The notes: generated from the sequence alone by a model not told the origin. Numbered from the stretch's first letter, positions 36,742 through 45,664 are shown. The stretch is 50,807 nt of DNA from a virus (IMGVR_UViG_3300028592_000019:1-50807), one strand, 5' to 3'. Numbers and translations: made by a program.

Positions 36742-37132
36742 CCTCGGTCAATCCATCCAGCATTTTGGGGGTGATGGTCACCACCTGAATAGTGCCACTA
36801 ATCTTGCGGTTCTCTGTGCCCAGCCCAAACAGCTTGGCCTTGCCCATGGTGGCCGATACGGCTGCGCTGGTCTGCTTCTCACCAATTGCGAGGGTGCGGG
36901 CTTCCTCGAGCTCGGCTGCGAGGCTTTCAACGGTCACCTCGACCTTCTTGGCCACCCTGCCCTGCAGTTCTTCTACCCGAGCAGCGACCATAACATTTGA
37001 TAACAAGCGCGATGCGCTCGGCTGGTTCGGCTTATACCCGGCATGTGCATACGCCTCGGTCGCGCTCTTGCCCTTTGCTAGCGCTTGGGCGAATGCTTCG
37101 TGACGAGGGTTTGGGAGGACGGGCATTGGCAT
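36635..37132 (-). CDS. terS: Terminase small subunit
   Basis: RHEAFAQ, ATEAYAHAGY, ASRLL. Confidence 0.85.
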   Translation of the reverse strand: MPMPVLPNPRHEAFAQALAKGKSATEAYAHAGYKPNQPSASRLLSNVMVAARVEELQGRVAKKVEVTVESLAAELEEARTLAIGEKQTSAAVSATMGKAKLFGLGTENRKISGTIQVVTITPKMLDGLTEDELASLEAAYPVLAKLGLIGSPGSATAEEAGAGEP

Positions 37133-37149
37133 CCGAACCAGAATACGAA

Positions 37150-37668
37150 TTGGAATACTTGGGCCCTATTGGGGGCGACAAACGCTTCGGACTAAAAGGC
37201 CCTCGGGATCTGCTCGACAAACTCGAATGGGAGCTCAACTCCCTTGACCGTGGCTCAGATGCCGCTTTCGCATATGGCTGCTTTAACGCGGCGGTCACCG
37301 CGTGGCACCTTACTGACTGGTGCTGGACCTCATTTAGCGAGGATCAGCGATCAGCCTTGTGCGGACCCGGGAGTAAACTTAAGGATTTTCAGGCGCACGT
37401 GCGAGCCGAGTGCCGCGAATTGGCGATATGCGATCAGCTCGCGAATGGCTCTAAGCACTTCGAGCGCACCATGCACAACGACCCCGGGGTCAAGGCCACA
37501 GTTTCGAGAGGGGTGAATGTCTACGAAAACCTTGAAACCGGTGATTTCGCGTTTGAAGAAACCGACGTCTTATTCGTTCACGACGGCGCCGAAGGCTACG
37601 CGCCTGAAGGCCTATATAGACGCGTCATAGAATATTGGACTGGCTTTTTGGTCGCTCACGGTCTGTAG
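37150..37668 (+). CDS. Antisense moron, HEPN-like helical protein (putative)
   Basis: FNAAVTAWHLTDW and CDQLANGSKH motifs; start uncertain (TTG 37150). Confidence 0.55.
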   Translation: MEYLGPIGGDKRFGLKGPRDLLDKLEWELNSLDRGSDAAFAYGCFNAAVTAWHLTDWCWTSFSEDQRSALCGPGSKLKDFQAHVRAECRELAICDQLANGSKHFERTMHNDPGVKATVSRGVNVYENLETGDFAFEETDVLFVHDGAEGYAPEGLYRRVIEYWTGFLVAHGL

Positions 37669-38046
37669 CGGCTACAGACAGCATTTCCACGCCATCTCTG
37701 ATGCCCCGCCTATCGCCAGATTTGTTGCCCGCTTGAAGGTCGCGCCGTTGCGCACCGGTAACCAATTTGGTCCCGATTGCATTTTCCGTATTGACGCGAA
37801 CCGCGAACTGATATTGTTTGCGCATCAGGCAATTGTAGCCGACCGCAAAGGAAATCGACCCCATGGCTTCTTCGCCATCCGCCTCCGGGCAAATCCCCCT
37901 CACACATCACCCACCATGTCGCCTCGTTGAGCGCGCCGCTTTCGGCTGCTGCATTTTCAACCGAGGACTATGACATGATGATCGAACGCGCTACAGGCCC
38001 ACCACGACCGCTGTGTTGAGCAGCGGAACCATGATGGGAAAAGACG

Positions 38047-38301
38047 ATGACCGATCCAGGCAAGAAGCCGGAATACCGACGAATGACCGCAGCGGAGATT
38101 TCTGCGGCGTTCAACCGGCTCGGCCTGTCACCCAATGAATTCTGCCGACTGACCGGCTCCGCTTACAAGCGTGTCGTCGGTTCATGGCTGGAAGGCGATG
38201 ATATCCCGCAATGGGTTCCCGTCCTGCTGGCGTCGTGGCTTGCATCCCCCCAAGCCTTTGAAGCCGCGAAGGTGGAAGCCGACAGCCGCCTGATTGGATG
38301 A
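38047..38301 (+). CDS. Small XRE-like HTH protein
   Basis: LGLSPNEFCRLTG...WLEG..IPQWV. Confidence 0.6.
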   Translation: MTDPGKKPEYRRMTAAEISAAFNRLGLSPNEFCRLTGSAYKRVVGSWLEGDDIPQWVPVLLASWLASPQAFEAAKVEADSRLIG

Positions 38302-38347
38302 AAGAGCCTTATGCGTCCTCCATAACCCGATTGCCTAGAAATGACAT

Positions 38348-38375
38348 GGCCCGCTTCGCGCGGGCCTTTCTTTTT
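38348..38375 (+). terminator. Rho-independent terminator
   Basis: GGCCCGC / GCGGGCC + TTTCTTTTT. Confidence 0.75.
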
Positions 38376-38399
38376 ACGCAGTTCGGGATGTTGACGAAG

Positions 38400-38428
38400 G
38401 TATAGCCTACTCACTTAGCGAGTGTCGA
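38400..38428 (-). promoter_or_regulatory. Putative late promoter
   Basis: TCGACA-N17-CTATAC on minus strand directly downstream of the late regulator. Confidence 0.4.
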
Positions 38429-38436
38429 ACCGCACA

Positions 38437-38973
38437 TTACAGACCGTGTGCCCTTTGCGTTGCAATCCCATAGAGTTGCGCCAGGTCGTTCAAGCTGTCC
38501 CTGAGATTGTCGGCCATGGTCAGCTTCGCCCGCTGATCCGTGCTTATATCACCAAATGACAATCCCTGCCCGCACACCTTGCAGACCAAGGCATAGTTGC
38601 GCGCACCGAGGAGCATTCGGCACGCCCTGAGATCGCTTGCGGCCACCACGACGCGCTCGCTGATAGGGTCTCGTGCACCGCCTCCATCGACATGGGTGCG
38701 GCTGTAGTCCATTGCCCCTGCCCCCGCCCCTCCACAGGCTTCCCACGTCGCCCTGAAGCGGTCTGCGGCTTTCTTCTGAGCCTCGTCCAGCTTACCCCTG
38801 GCGAATAGCGTCTCGATTGCCGATTCCCGCAGGTTCTTCGTGACCTTGATCTTTCTGGGATTGCTCGAGCTGACGGGGTGATCGGTGGTGAAATACGGAT
38901 TGTCCGCTTCGACCGTCACCTCGTCGGTCTTGGGCGTGATCTTGAACTGTGATTTGAATGGGGTGCGTTTCAT
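38437..38973 (-). CDS. Putative late transcription regulator (Q-position, DUF6456-like)
   Basis: LFARGKLDEAQKKAADRF; C-terminal HTH-like; last early gene. Confidence 0.65.
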   Translation of the reverse strand: MKRTPFKSQFKITPKTDEVTVEADNPYFTTDHPVSSSNPRKIKVTKNLRESAIETLFARGKLDEAQKKAADRFRATWEACGGAGAGAMDYSRTHVDGGGARDPISERVVVAASDLRACRMLLGARNYALVCKVCGQGLSFGDISTDQRAKLTMADNLRDSLNDLAQLYGIATQRAHGL

Positions 38974-39344
38974 CCGAGAATAGCCTTAAAAATGTCGTCG
39001 CGCGCTGTGGTTTCGAGAATGGCTTGGCACAGGTCTTGGATATCCATGCCCCGCCTTTCCGCCTCGGCATCGATCATGGTCCGGTGGATGCCGCTGAGCG
39101 GCACCGGGACCGCGGCATAGGTGTGTTCTGTGGTGGTTACCGAGTATTCCCAATGCGACCACATGGCGGTGATCATGTTGGGCTGGACACCATCGGCCAG
39201 GCGATCGCATATCCGCTGCGCCGTGAGCCCGCGGCCGGTGTGCACGCCGATCCAGAAGGCCCGCTTGTTGCTCCATCGCTCGGCAAATAGCGGCGCCCCG
39301 AGCCGGGGTAGTTCTTCTCCGAAGAGGTTGGTGTCGTGGGCCAT
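38970..39344 (-). CDS. Hypothetical DNA-binding protein
   Basis: Coupled at both ends; HTH/RHH-like segments. Confidence 0.6.
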   Translation of the reverse strand: MAHDTNLFGEELPRLGAPLFAERWSNKRAFWIGVHTGRGLTAQRICDRLADGVQPNMITAMWSHWEYSVTTTEHTYAAVPVPLSGIHRTMIDAEAERRGMDIQDLCQAILETTARDDIFKAILG

Positions 39345-41737
39345 CAGAACGGAGGCTCCGATGATGATGCCAGCTCGCGCTTCACGTCCTCTGGAATGCC
39401 CGCTCCGGGCTGCTCCTGTGGTCGCTCCTGCTCCTGATGACGTGGTGGTCGTGGTCGATCGCTCTTGCCGGTCCACCAAACGATGCGTTTGTCGTTGTCC
39501 CGACCCATGTAGCCGGCATTGATCAGCGCCATGGTGGTGCGGCTCAGGAAGTCGGCCAATTCCTTCTGCCGAGCCTCCTGTTCGTCCTCTGGTGCCTTGA
39601 AGCTCATGCGCTTGCGGACCTGCGCTACAAGGGCGCTCTGGGCCACGCATTTACTCACTGAGCCCGCTTCGACACCTTGGGGAATGTCCTGCCCATGATC
39701 GGCCTGCGCAGCCACCAGCGCGTCGAATACGAGCTTATTGCCGCCCTGCAGCCTGGTGACGTCCTCCTGCTGCTCGTGCTGGCTATGCTTCGCCGGCCGC
39801 GCGCAGATCATGGTGGTGAATGGCTCGCCGTCCTCGTCCAGTTCGTTCAACGTCACCGGCTCCAACACGAAGGCCCACGACTTGTTGCCGACGCCGTTCT
39901 TGTTCTTGGCGAGACGGGCCCGACGAATGGGCTGGCCATTCCCATCAAGGGCTGGCTTGGGATCTTCGCGCTTGTTCGGCGCCGGGATCATCTGCTGGCG
40001 GAGCTCGATCACGTTCGGCACGTTGGCCACCAGAGCCGTGGAACCGCGCACCTTGGTGCCGCCTGCATTCATGTGGTGGACTACAGCCACGGTCGCGCCT
40101 GTGCGCTCCCTGATGCGGTTGATGCGGCCCAGCACCTTGCTCGCCTCGCCGCTGCTATTCTCGTCCATGCCCTCTGTGGCCATGGAGAGCGTGTCGATGA
40201 TGATGAACTCAAGGCTGCCATAGTAAGCCTTCCACTCAAGGCACTCGGCTATGAACCGGTCGACCACGGCGTCGTCCATGAGCGTGAAGCCCGTCCCGCC
40301 ATTCGCGAACGGGTCCATCACGACATATGGGATATCGGCGTCTGGGCTGATGCCCTGCGCCTTCAGACAGCCCTTGAAGCGCAGTTCGGTGCCCTTGCCG
40401 TCTTCGACAGCCATGTGGATCACAGCGCCCTGCCTGACCTTATGGCCGGCATAGTCGAGGCCCCGGGCGATCTTCATGCCCATGTCCATCACGAGGAACG
40501 TCTTGCCCGCCATGCTCTCGCCGGCAAGAATCATGATGCCGTTGCGCTCGATCAGGTGCTTCACCAGCCAGTCATAGACCACTGGCTTCTTCGCAATGGC
40601 CCCGCTGGTCTGGGCTCCGAATGTGGAGCGGGGAGGCTTCTGTCGATAGGTCGGCAACTCGTCAAGGATGGCCTGCAACTGCTCGCCGTTGCCGCCGAAC
40701 TTCTCCACCCAGTCCGTGATGTCGCCCTTGTGGTCGAAGCCCGGAACATGATCGGCGAAGTTCAGCACACGGATGCGGCGCGCGATCCCCTTCATGGATT
40801 GGGCAAGTTTGTCCGCGCGGTCGCCGGCAGCATCATTGTCGAGGCAGATCACAACATCAGCGTCACGGAAGCAGGCGGCATGGGCATCGGTCCAGTGCTT
40901 CGACCCGCTTGAATTGGTGGTGCCGCAAAAGCCCAGCCTGTCTGCGGTTTGGGCATCTTTCTCGCCCTCGGCCAAGATGATAGTCCGGCCATCGGCAATG
41001 GCGATCTCCACCTGTGGGTGGTTGAATATGGTGTGCTCAACGCCTTGGGGGAATCGGCGTGTCTCGCCATTGGGCCAGCCCTGAAACTTGTCATGGTCAT
41101 AGGCCGACCAGTCCTTGCCCGGGCCGGGACGCATGAAGTCGCCTGCCGACAGACCCCATACCCATGACCCATCACCAAGGCCGGATGGTCGCCGCTGCAA
41201 GAACGTCTTCCATGTGCCGGCGCCGTCCTTCGTCAAGGCGAACGATCGGTCTGGCATCCTGATCTGGAACCGGCAAACCTGATAGAGCAGGTTCCCGTCG
41301 CGATCTGGATAGTCGTAGGTCGCGACCATCTCGCGCTTGCCTTCGGCAGCGAGAGGCTGTGGCGGCGTTTTGCTTTGCCGTGGCTGTTCCGGTGGTCGGG
41401 CTGGCCTCCCGTCGCTGGCGCTGTTCTCTGGCAGCGCAATGCCGCCGGTGCCAGCAACTTCGCCAACAGCCGTTGGGAAGTCGACGCCCTTCAGGGCCAT
41501 GAGGAATTGGAAGTGGTCGCCAGAAGCGCCACACCCGAAGCAATGGTAGCGACCCTCTTGCCCATCGGCATGGAAGCTGGGGCTGTTCTCATTGTGGAAC
41601 GGGCAGCATGCCCAAAGATCATTGCGACCCGGGTTGGACTTGCCGTTATCCCAAACGACATGCTGGCCAACCACATCGGTGATCGGCACGGCTGCGCGTA
41701 TCTCGTCTAGGAGGGTATCGGGGAAGCGGTCGATCAT
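39344..41737 (-). CDS. Primase-helicase (CHC2 Zn finger + TOPRIM + AAA/RepA-like)
   Basis: CPFH..CFGC; EGEKD, DND; GESMAGKT, IIIDT, VHH. Confidence 0.92.
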   Translation of the reverse strand: MIDRFPDTLLDEIRAAVPITDVVGQHVVWDNGKSNPGRNDLWACCPFHNENSPSFHADGQEGRYHCFGCGASGDHFQFLMALKGVDFPTAVGEVAGTGGIALPENSASDGRPARPPEQPRQSKTPPQPLAAEGKREMVATYDYPDRDGNLLYQVCRFQIRMPDRSFALTKDGAGTWKTFLQRRPSGLGDGSWVWGLSAGDFMRPGPGKDWSAYDHDKFQGWPNGETRRFPQGVEHTIFNHPQVEIAIADGRTIILAEGEKDAQTADRLGFCGTTNSSGSKHWTDAHAACFRDADVVICLDNDAAGDRADKLAQSMKGIARRIRVLNFADHVPGFDHKGDITDWVEKFGGNGEQLQAILDELPTYRQKPPRSTFGAQTSGAIAKKPVVYDWLVKHLIERNGIMILAGESMAGKTFLVMDMGMKIARGLDYAGHKVRQGAVIHMAVEDGKGTELRFKGCLKAQGISPDADIPYVVMDPFANGGTGFTLMDDAVVDRFIAECLEWKAYYGSLEFIIIDTLSMATEGMDENSSGEASKVLGRINRIRERTGATVAVVHHMNAGGTKVRGSTALVANVPNVIELRQQMIPAPNKREDPKPALDGNGQPIRRARLAKNKNGVGNKSWAFVLEPVTLNELDEDGEPFTTMICARPAKHSQHEQQEDVTRLQGGNKLVFDALVAAQADHGQDIPQGVEAGSVSKCVAQSALVAQVRKRMSFKAPEDEQEARQKELADFLSRTTMALINAGYMGRDNDKRIVWWTGKSDRPRPPRHQEQERPQEQPGAGIPEDVKRELASSSEPPF

Positions 41738-42093
41738 GCGATTTCCCGAACTTTTAGAGCGTCATAGGCGTCAGACCATCGGGCCAATCCGCTGGTGCAC
41801 TGCCAGCCGTTAGCCTTGAGCAGGCGGATCAGGCGCCGATATTCGTGGTACGGCAGCACGTAGCCATTCCAGCACCAGTTCCCGACCCAGTAGGCCATCG
41901 ACCGATAGCGGAAGGTCTGGCGATGAATGCGGATAGTGTGATCGTCGCCTTGGGCGAACTTGATCTCACCGACATGAGTGCGCTCGATGTCCATCTGCCA
42001 AGAGCCGATATCGATGCTGATGCTCTCGACCTTGCCCGCGAAGTCGCCGTGGCCATCGTTGCAGGCAAAACAAACTTGGACGAACCTGGTCAT
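41734..42093 (-). CDS. Hypothetical protein
   Basis: ATGA coupling; WVGNWCW. Confidence 0.6.
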   Translation of the reverse strand: MTRFVQVCFACNDGHGDFAGKVESISIDIGSWQMDIERTHVGEIKFAQGDDHTIRIHRQTFRYRSMAYWVGNWCWNGYVLPYHEYRRLIRLLKANGWQCTSGLARWSDAYDALKVREIA

Positions 42094-42401
42094 GCCGCTT
42101 CCGCCTGCTCTGCCGGCGCCGGGCGCTCGATCTCTTCCTTCACCCACAGCATGAAGGCTGCGAACTCATTCGGCTTGGCTTTCTGCAATTGAAGAAGGGC
42201 CTCGAAATCATCGGGGGCGGCGCCGAAATCGTTCAGGATGCGCCATGCATCCCGCAGGCCATCCATGTGCAGGTTGTGGGCCCGGCGCATGTCGCCGCTG
42301 GTGTCCATGCTCTCGTAGCGCTGGAAGTCGCGTTCGGTGCGCTTCGACACCGTTTCGATCTCGTCCAAGGCCGCGATGATGCGCTTGCGAAGGGGCTTCA
42401 T
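42090..42401 (-). CDS. Hypothetical protein
   Basis: ATGA coupling. Confidence 0.6.
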   Translation of the reverse strand: MKPLRKRIIAALDEIETVSKRTERDFQRYESMDTSGDMRRAHNLHMDGLRDAWRILNDFGAAPDDFEALLQLQKAKPNEFAAFMLWVKEEIERPAPAEQAEAA

Positions 42402-42790
42402 GGCTGAAGCTCGATGCCAACATGGGCGGCGATCTGGGCTCTCGATTCCCGAGGCAGCTCGTACCCTTTGCCCCATAAGGTGTTGATATCGGCACCGATC
42501 CCGCGAAGGGCCACGCGGAGCTTGCACACCTGGACTTGGATTATTTTGATCTCGGGCTGATCGAGGCGATCACCGTAGATCGCATGGAACATCTGATCAT
42601 GGGTTTTGCCTTTGCAGTCCCACAAGACCCAGAGAACGCGAGCCGTTGAAGGCATGACCTGAAATGCCTTACGAACCGCATCGATAAACGCCGGCTCCGG
42701 GTCATAGCGAAGCTGACGGCGCAGTTCAAAGTTCTCAGCGCTCAGGCGCTCGTTCTCTTTACGCAGGGCGACGAATGCTGCCTCGTTCAT
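42398..42790 (-). CDS. OmpR/CtrA-like winged-helix protein without receiver domain
   Basis: IYG...PEIKIIQVQVCKLR...INTLWGKGY. Confidence 0.8.
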   Translation of the reverse strand: MNEAAFVALRKENERLSAENFELRRQLRYDPEPAFIDAVRKAFQVMPSTARVLWVLWDCKGKTHDQMFHAIYGDRLDQPEIKIIQVQVCKLRVALRGIGADINTLWGKGYELPRESRAQIAAHVGIELQP

Positions 42791-43413
42791 GGCGCTTTCC
42801 TTCCGACCAAATGGGTGACATCGACGCCGTGATCGAAGTCGAGAACTGGCTGCGACCGGAGCGGCAAATAAGCCTTCTCGGCGGGCCCGCGGCGTTTCCG
42901 CCAGTCCCAGACGAACCATGAATGGTTCTCGGTGGGGCCATTTTCCTTTTGCGGAACATTGGTCCACCGGATGCGCCGGGTAAGGCGGTACTCGACGGCA
43001 AAGGCCGGATGCTGATCGAAGAGGTGACGGCGGCCATCGGCGCTGTCGAAGCCGACCTTCAAGAGCATTGCCACCTTGCCGCCGTGGAACTCTGTGAGGC
43101 GAAGGGCATGCTCAATGAACCGCACAGCAAGGCGTGACTGAACGCCGTAGGGCGGGTTCGAAACGATGTCGTAGCCATTGGCGTCCTCGCACTCGAAGAA
43201 GTCGAGACGCTGGACGAAATCACTGTCGGGCTCGATGTCAGATGCCCACACCGTCATGGTCGATGGCAGTGACGACACAATCGCGCCGTCGCCGCCGGCG
43301 GGGTCCCAAACCTTGTCGAAGCTCTCCGCCGCGATCAGGGCTTCGATCACCCATGCCGGGGTGAAATACTTCTCGTTCTGGATACGGTCGTAGGTGGAAG
43401 CGCCGACGGTCAT
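42787..43413 (-). CDS. Orphan amino (probably N6-adenine) DNA methyltransferase
   Basis: YFTP, WDPAGGDG, VSNPPY. Confidence 0.82.
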   Translation of the reverse strand: MTVGASTYDRIQNEKYFTPAWVIEALIAAESFDKVWDPAGGDGAIVSSLPSTMTVWASDIEPDSDFVQRLDFFECEDANGYDIVSNPPYGVQSRLAVRFIEHALRLTEFHGGKVAMLLKVGFDSADGRRHLFDQHPAFAVEYRLTRRIRWTNVPQKENGPTENHSWFVWDWRKRRGPAEKAYLPLRSQPVLDFDHGVDVTHLVGRKAP

Positions 43414-44450
43414 GGCCGAATTGCCTCCTCAACCATGTCCGCCGCCGCCGGAAATGCCTTACGGGCGGCAAGCAACTGCTTTTCCGTGCCGATCCATGCA
43501 TACTGACGCTCGCCCGTCAGGCGGGTCCCTGACATGTGGAGAAACTGTCCTCGACCAAGATGCTCGCGCAGATAGAACCGGCCTGATGGTGCCTTGCGTG
43601 GCCTATGCAGCACGTCTGAAACATCGTTCTCGACCAGAGGGCGCAGCCGCTCGCTTGGCTTGCTCAGTGGCGGCAGTTCTGGGGCTGGCTGGGTCTGTGG
43701 CTCGTCGGATGGCGCTCCGGCCTCTGGTGGCTCCTCTGCCGCTTCCTTGGCCCATTTCGATGCCGTGCCGAGCGAGCAGCCAGCTTCCGCCGCGATCTGC
43801 CGAAGGGTCCAGTCCGGATGGGCTGCGACGACAGCGAGAACCTTGTCGCGCATGTTCTCTGGCGGGGTACGTGGCGCTCGTGGCAGCTTCAGGCTGAGAT
43901 GGCTCGCCATGACCTGAATGTGCTGCACGCCGAAGCCGAGGTGTTCGGCTATCTGGTGCGAGGTCCAGTCTGGGTGCTCTATATGGCAGGCGCGGACCTG
44001 TTCGCGCTTGGTCATGCGAGGGGATGGGGCGGCGGGATGGATCGCACTTTCGTCCTGCATCCCGCCGGAGGCATCGGCAGACGCCTCCTGTTCCGAGGTC
44101 TTTGCTTCCACTGGCCGACGCATTTCCTCATCGTCGGGGAGCGGCTTAGGAGCCTCGGGAATGAGCGTGACGGGATTTCCCGCCACGGAATTTTCGACGG
44201 GCGCAGAAGCCAGGGAGGAGGAGACCTCCGCGCCCGTCGTGTCGCCCGCCGCTTGGGAAGCGGGCGTATCGGCAGCCGGCGCATGAGGCTTGGAGGGAGC
44301 CTCCGGCTGCGATGGGGTGATGCATGGGCGCAGGGCCGCGATGATCGCGCACTGGCTCGTGCGGTATGTCTTGGCCTGCTCGGCGATGAACACGCCGAAG
44401 TCGAGCGTCACTGTGGTGGCGTCGTGGGCTGCGAGAATTGGGCTGATCAT
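43410..44450 (-). CDS. Protein with two tandem HPDWT HTH repeats
   Basis: HPDWTSHQIAEHLG and HPDWTLRQIAAEAG. Confidence 0.65.
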   Translation of the reverse strand: MISPILAAHDATTVTLDFGVFIAEQAKTYRTSQCAIIAALRPCITPSQPEAPSKPHAPAADTPASQAAGDTTGAEVSSSLASAPVENSVAGNPVTLIPEAPKPLPDDEEMRRPVEAKTSEQEASADASGGMQDESAIHPAAPSPRMTKREQVRACHIEHPDWTSHQIAEHLGFGVQHIQVMASHLSLKLPRAPRTPPENMRDKVLAVVAAHPDWTLRQIAAEAGCSLGTASKWAKEAAEEPPEAGAPSDEPQTQPAPELPPLSKPSERLRPLVENDVSDVLHRPRKAPSGRFYLREHLGRGQFLHMSGTRLTGERQYAWIGTEKQLLAARKAFPAAADMVEEAIRP

Positions 44451-45664
44451 GCCGCGGCCCTCTCGGTATCCAGATAGGCTGCGATCACTTCCGCCGCGGC
44501 TTCCGGTACGATTGCATTGCCGCCAACGCGCCAGAGATCCACTCGGCCGGGAAGCCCATCAACCAGAAGGCGAATACTGGGTTCGGCGCGCCGCGCTTTG
44601 CCGTCGTGGCAGAGGAGCCATTCGGCGTCTGACCAGTAGGTTCCGTTGCGGCGATCGGACCGGACAGTCGCTCGTCCATCTGACCCGGCAGCAACAAGAA
44701 CTTGCGACCGCCGCTCATTTGGTAGCCCCGACCCTGCGCATCCACCACTGACGTCGTCGCCCACATCGCTTGTGGCGGCTGAGCCATCTGGCGCGGCAAC
44801 TGGTCGACCCTGTTCCGGTCTCCCGACTCCGTCGCCATGCCAGCGCTGTCCTTCCAGTCTCGTGCCGAAGGCGTCACCCAGGGTGACGCCTGGGCTGGTG
44901 CAGTTTGCACAGATGGTTGACATGCCCCCGGGGAAGAATGGGCCAACGCGTCCGCTTCCGCCGCAGGCTGGGCACTCGCCATTACGAACCCCAGATTGGG
45001 GCTGTTCCTGTTGGCCTCGCTGGGCGCTGGCCCTCTCTCGCCCTCGCTCGCCTTCACCGCAGGCCATGTGGATTGATGCATTTGCGCCGGCAGGGGTTGG
45101 CCACCCGCCCCGAAACTCTGGTTGGGCGAGCCCTTTTCCCCGTCGCTGGCTCGCGGCGTGCTCCACTGCGATCCAGTAGAGTCGGTTCCGTTGGTGTGGC
45201 GCGTCGACACTGCAAGCCGGGAAATCAACCGCCCGGCTGGCGTATCCTTCGCTCTCCAGATCAAAGCGGACTCCGTCGAACCAACCGTACCCAGCCGCTC
45301 CCGCAACCTGCTCTCCCATGACGACAGCGGGCCGTCGGGCACGGATGAGGCGATGAAAGTCCGGCCACAAATGCCTTGGATCATCGGTTCCGAGCCCTTT
45401 GCCGGCCGCCGAGAACGGCTGGCACGGACAGGAGCCGGTCCAGAGTGGTCGGTCGTCAGGCCATCCAGCAAGTCGAGCTGCGACGGACCAGAGGCCCCCG
45501 CCGGCGAAGAAATGGCATTGGGTGTAGCCGTCGAGGTCATCGGGCATCACTTCCTTGATGGAGCGGGTGTCGACATCGCCCGGCGCCAGAACACCGTCAT
45601 CGATGAGCGCGCGGAGGATATGCGCAGCGGCATGGTCGAATTCGTTGTAGTAGGCGCGGGCCAT
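44447..45664 (-). CDS. C5 cytosine methyltransferase, alpha polypeptide
   Basis: FFAGGG (I), PCQPFS (IV), EQV (VI), RNRLY (VIII), GNAIVP (X); no motif IX. Confidence 0.9.
   Translation of the reverse strand: MARAYYNEFDHAAAHILRALIDDGVLAPGDVDTRSIKEVMPDDLDGYTQCHFFAGGGLWSVAARLAGWPDDRPLWTGSCPCQPFSAAGKGLGTDDPRHLWPDFHRLIRARRPAVVMGEQVAGAAGYGWFDGVRFDLESEGYASRAVDFPACSVDAPHQRNRLYWIAVEHAASQRRGKGLAQPEFRGGWPTPAGANASIHMACGEGERGRERASAQRGQQEQPQSGVRNGECPACGGSGRVGPFFPGGMSTICANCTSPGVTLGDAFGTRLEGQRWHGDGVGRPEQGRPVAAPDGSAATSDVGDDVSGGCAGSGLPNERRSQVLVAAGSDGRATVRSDRRNGTYWSDAEWLLCHDGKARRAEPSIRLLVDGLPGRVDLWRVGGNAIVPEAAAEVIAAYLDTERAAA
44485..45540 (-). CDS. C5 methyltransferase beta polypeptide, nested alternative frame
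   Basis: 351-aa same-strand ORF; NPVFAFWLMGFPAEW is motif IX-like; four W-x-T-P-like repeats. Confidence 0.72.
   Translation of the reverse strand: MTSTATPNAISSPAGASGPSQLDLLDGLTTDHSGPAPVRASRSRRPAKGSEPMIQGICGRTFIASSVPDGPLSSWESRLRERLGTVGSTESALIWRAKDTPAGRLISRLAVSTRHTNGTDSTGSQWSTPRASDGEKGSPNQSFGAGGQPLPAQMHQSTWPAVKASEGERGPAPSEANRNSPNLGFVMASAQPAAEADALAHSSPGACQPSVQTAPAQASPWVTPSARDWKDSAGMATESGDRNRVDQLPRQMAQPPQAMWATTSVVDAQGRGYQMSGGRKFLLLPGQMDERLSGPIAATEPTGQTPNGSSATTAKRGAPNPVFAFWLMGFPAEWISGALAAMQSYRKPRRK

Noticed and set aside
42787-45664. Restriction-modification system
   Set aside because: No cognate restriction endonuclease recognised; orphan MTases in the early operon are typical anti-restriction genes
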